Translations under genes and position numbers: made by a program
DNA from: an uncultured delta proteobacterium
GTDB lineage: Bacteria; Desulfobacterota; RBG-13-43-22
Length of the DNA: 64,000 nucleotides
Direction of reading: 5' to 3'
Assembly: GCA_963790475.1 (NCBI GenBank)
Contig: CAWBOS010000015.1
Location: forward strand, 224,001-288,000
Notes under the pieces: generated by a model
The model's input: the letters and a program-made list of their open reading frames with translations, nothing else
Told to the model about the DNA's origin: nothing
Databases searched by the model: none
Shown: positions 1 to 10,605 of the stretch, piece after piece
Position numbering within the stretch: the stretch's first letter is position 1
Layout of the letters: every line of letters begins with the position of its first letter

Positions 1-258
1 CAGGCTATAAATGAGAACAAATTCTTGAAGGTTTTTATAGCCAGCGGTTATTATGATTTGGATACACCCTATTTTGCCACAAGATATACCGTCAGTCATT
101 TAGGACTTCCAGCGAATTTACGAGATAACATTATCGTCGAGTATTATGAAGCAGGACACCAGATGTATACTCATTTGCCATCTCTCAAAAAACTTTCCGC
201 CGATGTGGCTGGATTCTTCGATAAGGTAATTCCGGATGAATCCAAACCCTCAAGGTGA
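1..258 (+). CDS. S10 family serine carboxypeptidase, 3' end (runs off window)
   Basis: SGYYDLDTPY and YYEAGHQMY motifs (catalytic Asp/His region of S10 peptidases). Confidence 0.8.
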   Translation, partial: QAINENKFLKVFIASGYYDLDTPYFATRYTVSHLGLPANLRDNIIVEYYEAGHQMYTHLPSLKKLSADVAGFFDKVIPDESKPSR

Positions 259-307
259 AGGGCCGAAAAAGTCCTTTATTGGAAATTTGTTAAGGAGGTA
301 AATAGTT

Positions 308-871
308 ATGAAAGATCTCAAATCCTGTCGGATAGGTTCCGCTTTCATGATCTTTCTTCTCTTTACGCTTTTGTCGGCCTGTGGCCCGGTCATTTCCAAA
401 AATTTAAGGACCCGGGCTGATTTGGATCTTACTTTTCAAGAAGTTTTTCAGAAACCTGAAGCCTACAAGGGGGAAATCGTCATCTGGGGTGGAGAGATCA
501 TTCAGACGATAAATCAGAAGGAAGGAACTACTCTCATTGAAATCTCTCAAAGGTCATTGGATTGGCAGGAAGAGCCTAAGGAAGAGAGTTCTTCCGGGGA
601 CAGATTCTTAGTTCTCGTTGAAAAATACTTGGACCCTTTTATTTATCGGAGGGGCAAGGAAATTACGGTAGCCGGGAAGATTATCGGAGAAAAAACCAAA
701 CTTCGGGGTGAGGTGGAGTACCACTATCCTTATCTTCTGGCTAAGCGAGTTTTCCTGTGGAGAGAAAATTACCCCTATTATTATTATCCATATATGCCAG
801 GCTGGTTATATAATCCCTTGTTGGGGGATTGGGATGATGACTGGTCGGAGGATTGGGATTATCCCTGGTAG
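308..871 (+). CDS. Slp family outer-membrane lipoprotein
   Basis: Lipobox LSAC, IWGGEII, RFL...YLDP..Y..GKEITVAG, aromatic C-tail; AGGAGG RBS. Confidence 0.85.
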   Translation: MKDLKSCRIGSAFMIFLLFTLLSACGPVISKNLRTRADLDLTFQEVFQKPEAYKGEIVIWGGEIIQTINQKEGTTLIEISQRSLDWQEEPKEESSSGDRFLVLVEKYLDPFIYRRGKEITVAGKIIGEKTKLRGEVEYHYPYLLAKRVFLWRENYPYYYYPYMPGWLYNPLLGDWDDDWSEDWDYPW

Positions 872-1012
872 AATTCAGACTGATCATTCATGGTTGCAAA
901 GAAATCCTTTAAAAGCCTTATGAAAAATGGGCTGCCCTTAAGGTAAAGATATGATCAAAGTAACTTCCATTAAGGAAGTAACAATCAAATAGTAAAATCC
1001 TAACCTCAAATC

Positions 1013-1045
1013 AAAAAGGCAGGGTCCATTGGCTCTGCCTTTTTT
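1013..1045 (+). terminator. Intrinsic terminator (possibly bidirectional)
   Basis: AAAAAGGCAG...CTGCCTTTTTT hairpin. Confidence 0.7.
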
Positions 1046-1126
1046 GTGCAAATTTCAATTCATACTTGCTAATGCGAACACATGCTAATGGCCAACATTT
1101 GTAGATATTCATGGAATGAGGATTGC

Positions 1127-1318
1127 AGGGCGCTCATCCTGACTGTGGGCACCGATTTGGTGCTGGTATCTTTCAATGCGACATTCGGTCTTCCCGGGGT
1201 CTCCCGGCTCCCCCTGAAAGTGGCCGTCTCCATCCCCATACTCTCCCTGTGTGCCGTTTTTCTGGTGAAGGACCTTGTCAAGGCAGCCTTGCTTAGAAAG
1301 TTTTGGCGGCAGCCCTGA
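1127..1318 (+). pseudogene. C-terminal remnant of a P-type H+-ATPase
   Basis: TDLVLVSFNATFGLPGVSRLP...FLVKDLVKAALLRKF resembles the last two helices of P3A ATPases, including the intact one at 7883-10330. Confidence 0.5.
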
Positions 1319-1459
1319 GTGAGTGTCTTTTCGATGGGGAAGCAAGGTTGAGTCGATATTTTTCAAGTTTGGCGAGGGGAGATGGAGACCAGTAGATTCA
1401 GGCTGGAATTTTGTTTTAGGGAAACCGTCTCACGGTAAGGTAATTTTTTTGGAGATGAA

Positions 1460-2717
1460 ATGACTTTCGATCGCCCAGCATGGTTTATAGGCAGTGTACC
1501 CTGGCTTTTTGCCACTCGAATTGTACGAAGCTTTTCACAGGCCATGCTGGTCATTGCTTTTCCGCTGTATATTTCCGCTGCCGGTTATTCCACTTTACAG
1601 GTAGGATATCTGCTTTCCTTTGCCTTGGCGGGTTCAGCCGGAATGACCCTCCTTGTTGGTATTTTTTCCGACAAGTATGGGCGCAAGCCTCTCCTCACTA
1701 TAATCGCCTTAATGGCGGCAATAGGGTCGGCGGTCTGCGCACTGACTACCCGGTTCTGGGTCTTAGCCCTTATGGCGGCCATGGCCTCTGTGCGCGGTGG
1801 CGGAGCAGGGAGCGGCGGGGGATTTGGACCGTTCTACCCCGCCGAGCAAGCTTTAATCGCCAGCAGCGGCTCGGACGAAAACCGTAATACCATCTTTTCC
1901 TCTTTATCGCTGGTCAGCGTGCTGGCGGGTGCTGCAGGCTCCGCGGTGGCGGTACTGCCCGGCATTCTTCAGGGGCACTTTGAAACAAGTATCATCAACT
2001 CCTATCACCCAGTCTTTTGGATTGCTGCCTTGGCGAGTCTGACGGTATTTTTTCTAACCCTCCCTATTCGGGAAAGGCCTCAACTTCCTTCTACCAAGCC
2101 TAAAATCGAAGAAAACAAAATCTCAACCGGTAATTTAATCGCCCGCTTGTGGCTCACCAACGGCATAAATGGTTTTGTTATCGGCATTGTCGGGCCTTTC
2201 CTGACCTACTGGTTTGCCGTGCGTTACGGGGTGCGGTCCATGGAAATAGCTACGCTCTACACCGTGGCCAATCTGCTGACCGCCATATCTTATTTATCGG
2301 CTCCGGGTATTGCTAAACGGCTTGGATCGGTTAATGCCATTGTTTGGACGCGTCTAGGGACGGTGGTACTCATGGCGGGAATGGCCCTGGCCCTCAACCT
2401 TTTTCCTGGCCTCTCTGGCCTATACCATCCGGGTCATGGTGAACTCAATTAGCATGCCGATCCGGCAATCGTTTGTCATGGGCGTTGCCGCAGAACGAGG
2501 CCGCTCTAAGGTAGCGGCTATTGGCAGTCTGCCAGCCCAGGCCATCGGTATGGTCGTACCGACTATTGCCTCCCACCTGATGCACAGCATATCGGAGGTG
2601 GCCCCTATATGGTTGGTAACCGCTGCCCTGGCGGTTAATGCCAGTTTTATTCAGTCTTTTTTTCAAAAACATCAAACCGCCCGAAGAACAATAATGCCAA
2701 CCACCAGACCAAGATGA
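1460..2717 (+). CDS. MFS transporter, frameshifted near 2400
   Basis: GIFSDKYGRKP motif A, many TM helices; C-terminal helices continue in ORF 2436-2717. Confidence 0.8.
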
Positions 2718-3099
2718 TCCCTTATTTATGATACGAAAATGGAAGTTTACAATGAGGGTTGTAATTTTTTGTACATTTAAATCACCAATTGGAGTGTATA
2801 ATGAAAATAATTGTTTAAATGTTATTCTGGTTCTATAAGGAAACTCTGGGAAGACCGTATTATCTATAAAAGAACTTAAATTATCAGTGCACTAGCGGAC
2901 CTTGAAGATGAAGAGAAGGTTGCTGAATGAGTTCTTGGGAATCCTAAAAATTTCTTTTCCGGATGAACAGGAATCAAATCTTCGGACCGGCGCCTTGGCC
3001 GGGGGGATGAGGGGGAGACCTTCAGCTTTTATCTGCGATCAAAAGGGGAGTGAACCTATGTTATTTCATTACCGTCCGATTAGAGGATTGAGAAGAGAA

Positions 3100-5793
3100 A
3101 TGAAGGGGAGCGAAAAAAGACGGGGCCCGTTTTTTCTAAGACCTCCTTTGATCAGACTGGTGGCCTTCCTGTTTTTAGGGACCATTTCCCCCCTCGGTAA
3201 TGTTCAGGCTGAGGAAAATGTCCTGCGGGCGACCCTGGCCAACGGGCTCAAGATCGTCATTGTGCGGAATGCCTTGACCCCGGTGATCACCACCGTGGTC
3301 AATTATCAGGTCGGTTCCAATGAAGTTCTCGAAGGGTTTCCGGGAATGGCCCATGCCCAGGAGCATATGATGTTCAGAGGAAGTCCGGGTCTTTCGGCCG
3401 ATCAACTGGCCAACATTATCGCCGCCACGGGCGGTAGGTTCGATGCAGACACCCAGCAGACCGTGACTCAATATTACCTTACGGTTCCGGCCGAAGACCT
3501 GGATGTCGCCCTGCACATAGAAGCTATTCGGATGCGGGGCGTTCTGGACAGCGAGAGACTCTGGGCCCGGGAAAGAGGGGCCATTGAACAGGAAGTAACC
3601 CAAGACCTGTCCGACCCCGAGTATGTGTTTTATACCAAAGTGCTCTCTCGTTTATTCAAAGGGACTCCCTATGCCCATACCCCGCTGGGAACTGTTTCCT
3701 CTTTCAACAAAACCAGCGGGGTAATGCTTAAGAAATTTTACGATACCTGGTATGCCCCGAACCATGCCATCCTGGTGATTGTCGGAGATCTGGATCCCCA
3801 AAAGGCCTTGGCTCAGGTTAAAAATATCTTCGGCTCCATTCCGGCCAAAAAAACTCCCCGGCGCCCCGTAATTCGTCTCACACCCGTAAGGCCTGAGACA
3901 CTTCATTTCAAGACTGACCAATCCTATGGGTTGGTTATGATCTCTTTCCGTCTGCCCGGTTACGGTAACCGGGACTATCCTGCTACTCAGGTGCTGGCCG
4001 ATATCCTGAGCAATCAACGCGGTAATCTCTTCGCCTTGGTTCCTGAAGGCAAAGCCCTTTTCACCAATTTCAGTCTGGACACGCTTCCCGGGGCCGGGTT
4101 GGGATATGCGGTGGGGGCTTTTCCAAAGGGAGCGAAGGCCTCGGTCCTGGTCGGAGAGATGCGGAACATCTTGACCGTCTATGCCAAAAAAGGGTTTCCC
4201 GTCGATTTGTTGGAGGCCGCCAAACGAACCAGATTGACCGCATCCGAATTGCAGAAGAATTCGATTTCCGGGTTAGCCATGGCTTGGTCCAAGGCACTGG
4301 CCGTACAGGGGCTCCAATCTCCACAAGATAGGATAAAGGCCATCCAGGATGTTTCCCTGGCCGATGTAAACCGTGTAGCCAAAAAATATCTGAGGTTGGA
4401 CCGGGCTATCGTGGCCGTCCTTACTCCTGAGGTCTCCGGAAAGCCTGCTTTTTCTAAATCCCGGAACCACCTGGAATCCTTCGCCCCCAAAAAAGTCAGA
4501 CCGGTCAAGCTGCCCGATTGGGCCGAAAAAGGCCTCAAAAGGCTTGCCATACCGCCTTCCACAGTTCATCCGGTGGTTACCTTCCTGCCCAATGGCTTGC
4601 AATTAATCGTTCAGCCCGAATCAGTAAGTAACACCATAAGTGTCTACGGACATATCAGGAACAAGGCCGATCTGGAAACTCCCCCGGACAAGGAAGGCGT
4701 CAATCAGGTCTTGAGCCAACTTTTTCCCTACGGATCGACTTCTCTTGACCGCATCTCCTTTCAGAAAGCCCTGGATGAAATCGGAGCCAGCGAGTCAGCA
4801 GGGACGGATTTCGGCCTCCAGGTATTGGCCGACCATTTTGAACGGGGCGTCGAGCTTCTGGCCGACAATCAGCTCCACCCCGCTTTGCCTGAAAAGGCCT
4901 TCAAAGTCGTTCGCCAACAGGTGGGTGCCATTGTGGCCGGCCTGCTTCAAAGTCCCGATTACCTGACCACTCGGGCCCTGGCCTCCGCCCTCTTTCCCAA
5001 GACCGATCCGACCTTGAGACAGGCCACGCCGGCTTCTGTTTCCGCACTCACCCTTTCTGATGTATCGGAATACTATCAAAAAGTTTTTCGTCCTGATTTA
5101 ACCGCCATAGTGGTCATCGGCCGGGTAACCCCTGAAAGAGCCGGGGCGGTTATGGAAAAATACTTCGGCTCCTGGAAGGCGACCGGGCCCAAGCCTGAAA
5201 TACTCCTGCCCTCAGTGCCTCCCAACAAACCTTCGGTGGCCGGGGTACCCGATGCCAGTCGAATTCAGGATTCTGTTACCTTGGCCGAGACCATCGGCCT
5301 AACCCTGTCCAATACCGACCGCTATGCCTTGGAATTGGGTAATCATGTCCTTGGCGGTGCTTTTTACGCCACCCGTCTATACCGGGACCTCCGTGAAGAG
5401 ACGGGCCTGGTCTATTATGTCTCTTCCTCTTTCGATGTGGGACAAACCCGCTCTTTGTACCAGGTCAACTACGGTTGCGATCCGAAAAACGTACCCAGGG
5501 CCAGGGCAATTGTGGAGCGTAATCTCAAGGCAATGCAGGCCTTGCCTGTCTCTCCGCAGGAATTGCACCAGGCCAAAGCGCTCCTGCTCAGGGAAATCCC
5601 TCTCTCTGAAGCCAGCACAGACAGCATCGCCGCCGGACTCATTTACCGGGCCACTCACGATCTCCCCCTCGATGAACCCACGGTGGCCGCCCATCATTAC
5701 GTGCAGATCACCGCTGAGCAGGTCCAGACGGCTTTTTCCACGTGGCTCCGCCCGGAGGATCTGGTCGAAATAACCGAAGGACCTCCCCGATGA
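3100..5793 (+). CDS. M16 (pitrilysin/PqqL-like) zinc protease, probably exported; start uncertain (2902-3100)
   Basis: GMAHAQEHMMFRG inverted HxxEH motif, two LxNGL repeats, RLYRDLREETGLVY. Confidence 0.9.
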   Translation: MKGSEKRRGPFFLRPPLIRLVAFLFLGTISPLGNVQAEENVLRATLANGLKIVIVRNALTPVITTVVNYQVGSNEVLEGFPGMAHAQEHMMFRGSPGLSADQLANIIAATGGRFDADTQQTVTQYYLTVPAEDLDVALHIEAIRMRGVLDSERLWARERGAIEQEVTQDLSDPEYVFYTKVLSRLFKGTPYAHTPLGTVSSFNKTSGVMLKKFYDTWYAPNHAILVIVGDLDPQKALAQVKNIFGSIPAKKTPRRPVIRLTPVRPETLHFKTDQSYGLVMISFRLPGYGNRDYPATQVLADILSNQRGNLFALVPEGKALFTNFSLDTLPGAGLGYAVGAFPKGAKASVLVGEMRNILTVYAKKGFPVDLLEAAKRTRLTASELQKNSISGLAMAWSKALAVQGLQSPQDRIKAIQDVSLADVNRVAKKYLRLDRAIVAVLTPEVSGKPAFSKSRNHLESFAPKKVRPVKLPDWAEKGLKRLAIPPSTVHPVVTFLPNGLQLIVQPESVSNTISVYGHIRNKADLETPPDKEGVNQVLSQLFPYGSTSLDRISFQKALDEIGASESAGTDFGLQVLADHFERGVELLADNQLHPALPEKAFKVVRQQVGAIVAGLLQSPDYLTTRALASALFPKTDPTLRQATPASVSALTLSDVSEYYQKVFRPDLTAIVVIGRVTPERAGAVMEKYFGSWKATGPKPEILLPSVPPNKPSVAGVPDASRIQDSVTLAETIGLTLSNTDRYALELGNHVLGGAFYATRLYRDLREETGLVYYVSSSFDVGQTRSLYQVNYGCDPKNVPRARAIVERNLKAMQALPVSPQELHQAKALLLREIPLSEASTDSIAAGLIYRATHDLPLDEPTVAAHHYVQITAEQVQTAFSTWLRPEDLVEITEGPPR

Positions 5794-6548
5794 GCAGAAA
5801 AAATCCCTGCCCCCTTAGGAAACCTGGATTCTGGTTTTCTCGGAAATAAAGGGAAAGGGCGAATTTTGACTATTATTGAATGATTCAAAACGAATGATCT
5901 GCTCGGCCATTAATTTGGACAACTGACCAATTTCCAAGGATTTTTAACGTTTATCTGCCAAAAGGGTGCCTCCCCTATGGAGAGCCAGTTAAAACCAGTC
6001 CCTTTGGGTTCTGTTGATTATTGACCTGGTTTACCTGAAAAATTCAAAAAAATACCAGCTATTATATCTCATTATACAACATTGACCTTATTTATTCTCT
6101 CAAAAGGATCATTAAAATTGTCCAAGTAATAACAAAATCAAAAATAATAGATCACTTAAACGGTCCGAGGTTAAACCCTATTTCTCAATACTCGGTCGAG
6201 GAGGGAAATAAAATAATGAGACAAGCTATTAATGCTGCGGATAACTGGTTATATTCGAAGATGGAATTAATTGACTGTCCCCATCAGCCTGGAAATCTTA
6301 AAATATCAAAGAGTCCCTGTCCGAAAAGGTATCAGTTCTGAAAAGACGACTCTGGAAACGCTCAGCCAGGCCGATCTTTTTTTTCTTTATACTGTAGGAC
6401 AAGGCCTTTTACGATGCAAGACCTGCCTCAATGATGGGAAAATACCGCAAAAGAACTTCTGAAAAAGTTTTAGGCAGAGATAAAAAACCAATTACTGGTT
6501 GGGTTGTGGGTAGAATTCTCCGAGATTATTTTTAGAAGATCCGGAACA

Positions 6549-6602
6549 AGAACGACTCGGGCAATATTTATCTTGAAGGAGGTCCTCGGACTCAATTACC
6601 AA
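6549..6602 (+). pseudogene. Possible ECF sigma factor region 4 remnant
   Basis: TRAIFILKEVLGLNYQ resembles region 4; no intact ORF. Confidence 0.25.
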
Positions 6603-6810
6603 CCATATAAATCCTCTTCAATAAGCCACGGGGGCCGGATGAACAATTATTGATATCGGTGCTTTTATGATCATTTTTTCGGTATTAACAAATGGTGCAG
6701 GTCTTCAGGCTCCAGACAGGTTAAGCATTTCTACAACACGTTAAGAATTGAGTTACTTATTAGACATATCCAGAGCTGTAGTCTTACCTTATGGATAGGA
6801 AAAGGAATTT

Positions 6811-7671
6811 ATGTTGGACCGCCGGAAACATTTCCTCTTTATTGTGATCATGGTCATACTTTTTAATGCGGCAGCAATTGCATCGGTCTGGGCGACACAA
6901 AACCCCATTGATTTAAGAACCGCCATCATCCAGGCAGCCAAAGAAAACCTCTCCAAAGTAGTCTATGTTGAAGTTATTGAAAGCCGGGAAGTGGCGAATC
7001 CTATGCTGCCTTTCCAGAACGATCCATTTTTTCAGCATTTCTTTGGCGTTCCACAAGTGCCCAGGAAGTTTAAACAAGAAATCAAAGGACTGGGCTCTGG
7101 GATTATCATCGATGCCCGAGGTTACATTTTAACTAACTATCATGTGGCCGGAGGAGCTACAAAAATGGAAGTTACCTTGGCTGATGGCAATAAATACCCT
7201 GCCCTTCTGGTGGGAGGTGATTCCAAAACCGATTTGGCAGTAATCCATATCTCCGCCAGGGAAAGTCTTCCATACGTCACCTTTGGGGATTCCGACCAGG
7301 TAGAGGTTGGGGAGTGGGTAGTGGCCATTGGGGCCCCCAGGGCCTTGTCCCAATCGGTGACCCATGGAATAATTAGCGCCAAACATCGGCGCGGCATAAT
7401 GGATCCGACAGGTTACGAGGACTTCCTTCAAATAGATGCTGCCATTAATCCTGGAAATAGCGGGGGGCCTCTTCTTAACCTCTACGGACAGGTCATTGGG
7501 GTAAACGCGGCCATCGCCACCGAATCGGGCGGTTTTGAAGGGATTGGCTTCACTATCCCAAGCAATATGGCCCGATATGTGGCCAGATCCCTTATTGCCC
7601 ACGGCAAGGTGGAACGGGGTTGGTTAGGGATAATCCAGCGGATTCTTGATTACCTGAAATCGGGGCTATAA
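6811..7671 (+). CDS. DegP/HtrA family serine protease lacking PDZ domains (truncated)
   Basis: TNYHV, DLAV, AINPGNSGGPL triad; ends shortly after RGWLGI. Confidence 0.85.
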   Translation: MLDRRKHFLFIVIMVILFNAAAIASVWATQNPIDLRTAIIQAAKENLSKVVYVEVIESREVANPMLPFQNDPFFQHFFGVPQVPRKFKQEIKGLGSGIIIDARGYILTNYHVAGGATKMEVTLADGNKYPALLVGGDSKTDLAVIHISARESLPYVTFGDSDQVEVGEWVVAIGAPRALSQSVTHGIISAKHRRGIMDPTGYEDFLQIDAAINPGNSGGPLLNLYGQVIGVNAAIATESGGFEGIGFTIPSNMARYVARSLIAHGKVERGWLGIIQRILDYLKSGL

Positions 7672-7882
7672 CAGTCATTCGGAGACCCTCCCCTAAAAGA
7701 CATTTTTTAATAGATACAAGGAAGAAGAGTGAATTGACCCGGATACGTTCGGGAGCAGCCAACCACGGATTATGAGGAGCCACGGCCTACGTTTCCGGCA
7801 AAGCCGGTCAATATATTTCCGAAGATTTAAGAAACAAGTCTCTGAAAGAGAACGGTTGACCATGAAGGTGATAGGTTGAAAA

Positions 7883-10330
7883 ATGGATAAGAGGGCAATA
7901 AAGGTCCGTATGGATTATCCTATTAAGAACACCAAAGAATATAGAGACCTTCCTCTGGGGACGATTCTTAACTCTTTGAAGACCTCCATGGTTGGGCTGG
8001 CGGAATCCGAAGTCGAAAGCCGTCTGGAGCAATTCGGTTATAACGAAATCGTTGAGAAAAAGAAAAATCCTTTTCTGGATTTTCTGTTGCGTTACTGGGG
8101 ACCAATGCCCTGGCTGTTGGAACTGGCCATGGTGCTTTCCTTTGTCTTGAAACATGACCTTGAAGGAATAATTATTTTTGTACTTCTCACGGTCAATGCT
8201 GTCATAGGCCATCTGCACTCCCAGGGTTCACAAAGGGCCGTCGAGCTTCTCAAAAAAAAGCTGGCCATTCAGGCAAAAGTCATGAGGGACGGGAAATGGG
8301 TGGTAAAGGAGGCCAGAGAGATCGCACCGGGAGATGTTATCGAGGTCGGACTGGGTGATATCGTTCCGGCGGATGCGGTGATGCTCAGCGGAGAACTTTC
8401 CGTTGATCAATCGGCCCTGACCGGAGAATCCCTGCCGGTGAAGACCCACCCCTCAGATATCCTCTATTCCGGCTCTGTCGTGGGACGAGGCGAGGCCAGC
8501 GCTCTGGTGGTCAATATCGGCGCCAATACCTATTTCGGAAAAACAACGGAATTGGTCAAGATAGCAAGGCCCAAATCCCATCAGGACGAAGTGATGATGG
8601 CCATAGTCAAAAATATGATGGTTCTGGGCATAGCCGCCTCCCTCTTAGTTTCCGCCTTTGCCCTGGTGATCCATACTGGTTTTCTGTTAATACTAACCTT
8701 CGTTGCGATCTTCCTGATGGGGGCGGTCCCTGTGGCCCTTCCGGCCGTTCTGACCATAGTCCAGTCCGTTGGGGCCATGGAGTTGGCTAAAAGGGGGGCG
8801 CTGGTGACCAGACTGGCTTCGATCGAGGATGCGGCCTCCATTGATGTTCTTTGTCTCGACAAGACTGGTACTATAACCCAGAACCGATTATCGGTCACCG
8901 ACAGCCTTCCTTTTCCCGGATATAAATCGGATGATGTTATCGCCCTGGCCGCATTGGCCTCTCGGGAGGAAGGCATGGACATCATAGATCTTGCGGTTAT
9001 GGAATATGCACAAAAAAATAAAATTGATTTTAGCAATTACCGGCAGACCGAATACACCCCTTTCAACCCAACCGTTAAAAGAACAGAGGCGATAATCGAA
9101 GCAGCAGGCCGGCGCTTTCGGGTGGTTAAAGGCGCAGTCCAGATAGTCCTTCCCTTATGCCGGGGAATAGACCAGGAGGTGCGGAAGAAGGCAGACCGGA
9201 TGACGGAAGCTTTGTCCCGGAAAGGATTCAGAACCTTAGCCGTGGCCCGATCGGAAGGGGATGACCTGAATGATCTCAAGCTGGTGGGCTTGCTGCCTTT
9301 GGCAGATCCGCCCAGACCCGAATCGAAGCGTGTCATCGAGGAAGCAAGAAGACTGGGGATAAAGCCGATGATGCTTACCGGTGATAATATCGCCATTGCC
9401 AGAGAGATCGCCCTTCAGGCTGGCATCGGCAGTAATATTATCCGGATGGTGGATATCGAGGGTTTGAGCGAAGATAAGCGGATCAAGTTGGTCGGAGATA
9501 GCGATGGTTTTGCCGAGATATACCCTGAGGATAAGTACAAAATCGTCAAACTTCTCCAATCCCGGGGCCACATGGTCGGGATGACCGGTGACGGGGTCAA
9601 CGATGCACCGGCCTTGAAACAGGCCGAGATGGGAGTAGCCGTGAGCAATTCAACCGATGTGGCCAAGGCCTCAGCCAGCGTGGTTTTGACCGAACCGGGA
9701 ATCGGCGTCATTATTGATACCATAACCATAAGCAGGCAGACTTATCAACGCATGCTCACCTGGGTTTTAAACAAGGTCACTAAGGTTATTGAATTTGTCG
9801 GTTTACTGACCTTGGGTTTCTTCTGGCTCCATGAAATTGTACTCTCTCTTCTTGGCATGGCGCTGCTGGTATTTGCCAATGATTTTGTAACCATGTCCCT
9901 GGCAACCGATCATGTAAAGTATACGCCCAGTCCTAACCGGTGGAATGTCAGGAATATTACTCTGGCTTCGGTCGTTCCGGGTATGCTCCTGGTCCTGGAA
10001 GGCCTGCTGGTAATCCTGATGGGTTCGAACTATTTTCATCTGGAAGGGGAAAAGTTGCGCACCCTGGTCATGCTGAATCTGGTGTTCAATAGCCAGTTCC
10101 GGGTACTTATTGTCAGAGAGCGGAGACACTTCTGGTCCTCACTTCCGGGCCGGGAATTGCTGCTCCTGAGTTCAGCAACCCTAATCGGCTTTGCCCTGTT
10201 GGGCCTCTATGGTATCCTTGTTCCATCCGTCAGCCTGCCACAGGTCTTTGCTGTTCTGGGGTTCTCCGTCCTCTTCACGCTCGGGATTGATTTTCCCAAA
10301 TACTATCTGTTCAGAAAATTCGGCTTGTAA
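7883..10330 (+). CDS. Plasma-membrane proton-efflux P-type ATPase (P3A)
   Basis: WGPMPWLLE, TGES, PVALP, DKTGT, TGDGVNDAPALK, FANDFVT. Confidence 0.92.
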   Translation: MDKRAIKVRMDYPIKNTKEYRDLPLGTILNSLKTSMVGLAESEVESRLEQFGYNEIVEKKKNPFLDFLLRYWGPMPWLLELAMVLSFVLKHDLEGIIIFVLLTVNAVIGHLHSQGSQRAVELLKKKLAIQAKVMRDGKWVVKEAREIAPGDVIEVGLGDIVPADAVMLSGELSVDQSALTGESLPVKTHPSDILYSGSVVGRGEASALVVNIGANTYFGKTTELVKIARPKSHQDEVMMAIVKNMMVLGIAASLLVSAFALVIHTGFLLILTFVAIFLMGAVPVALPAVLTIVQSVGAMELAKRGALVTRLASIEDAASIDVLCLDKTGTITQNRLSVTDSLPFPGYKSDDVIALAALASREEGMDIIDLAVMEYAQKNKIDFSNYRQTEYTPFNPTVKRTEAIIEAAGRRFRVVKGAVQIVLPLCRGIDQEVRKKADRMTEALSRKGFRTLAVARSEGDDLNDLKLVGLLPLADPPRPESKRVIEEARRLGIKPMMLTGDNIAIAREIALQAGIGSNIIRMVDIEGLSEDKRIKLVGDSDGFAEIYPEDKYKIVKLLQSRGHMVGMTGDGVNDAPALKQAEMGVAVSNSTDVAKASASVVLTEPGIGVIIDTITISRQTYQRMLTWVLNKVTKVIEFVGLLTLGFFWLHEIVLSLLGMALLVFANDFVTMSLATDHVKYTPSPNRWNVRNITLASVVPGMLLVLEGLLVILMGSNYFHLEGEKLRTLVMLNLVFNSQFRVLIVRERRHFWSSLPGRELLLLSSATLIGFALLGLYGILVPSVSLPQVFAVLGFSVLFTLGIDFPKYYLFRKFGL

Positions 10331-10605
10331 ATCCAATCGTCATCGCTGGGGCCGGTCTTTATGATCATCGGACTTAAAACTCCAACCAACAGATCAAAAT
10401 TTCTTCCTCTTCTTTACGGAATTCGGAAAAATTCTCGTTGTGGCAGCTAAAATGGCTTCGGTGGCTTTCACTTAATATATTAATTCTTAATGATATTTCG
10501 ACTCTAATCGAATATCTACTACTACGCAGAATCAGGGTCTTGAAAATTAAACGATTACAAAAGGAAATATGGCAAAAAGGGAGAGCCGACCCCCTCGATG
10601 ACCTA

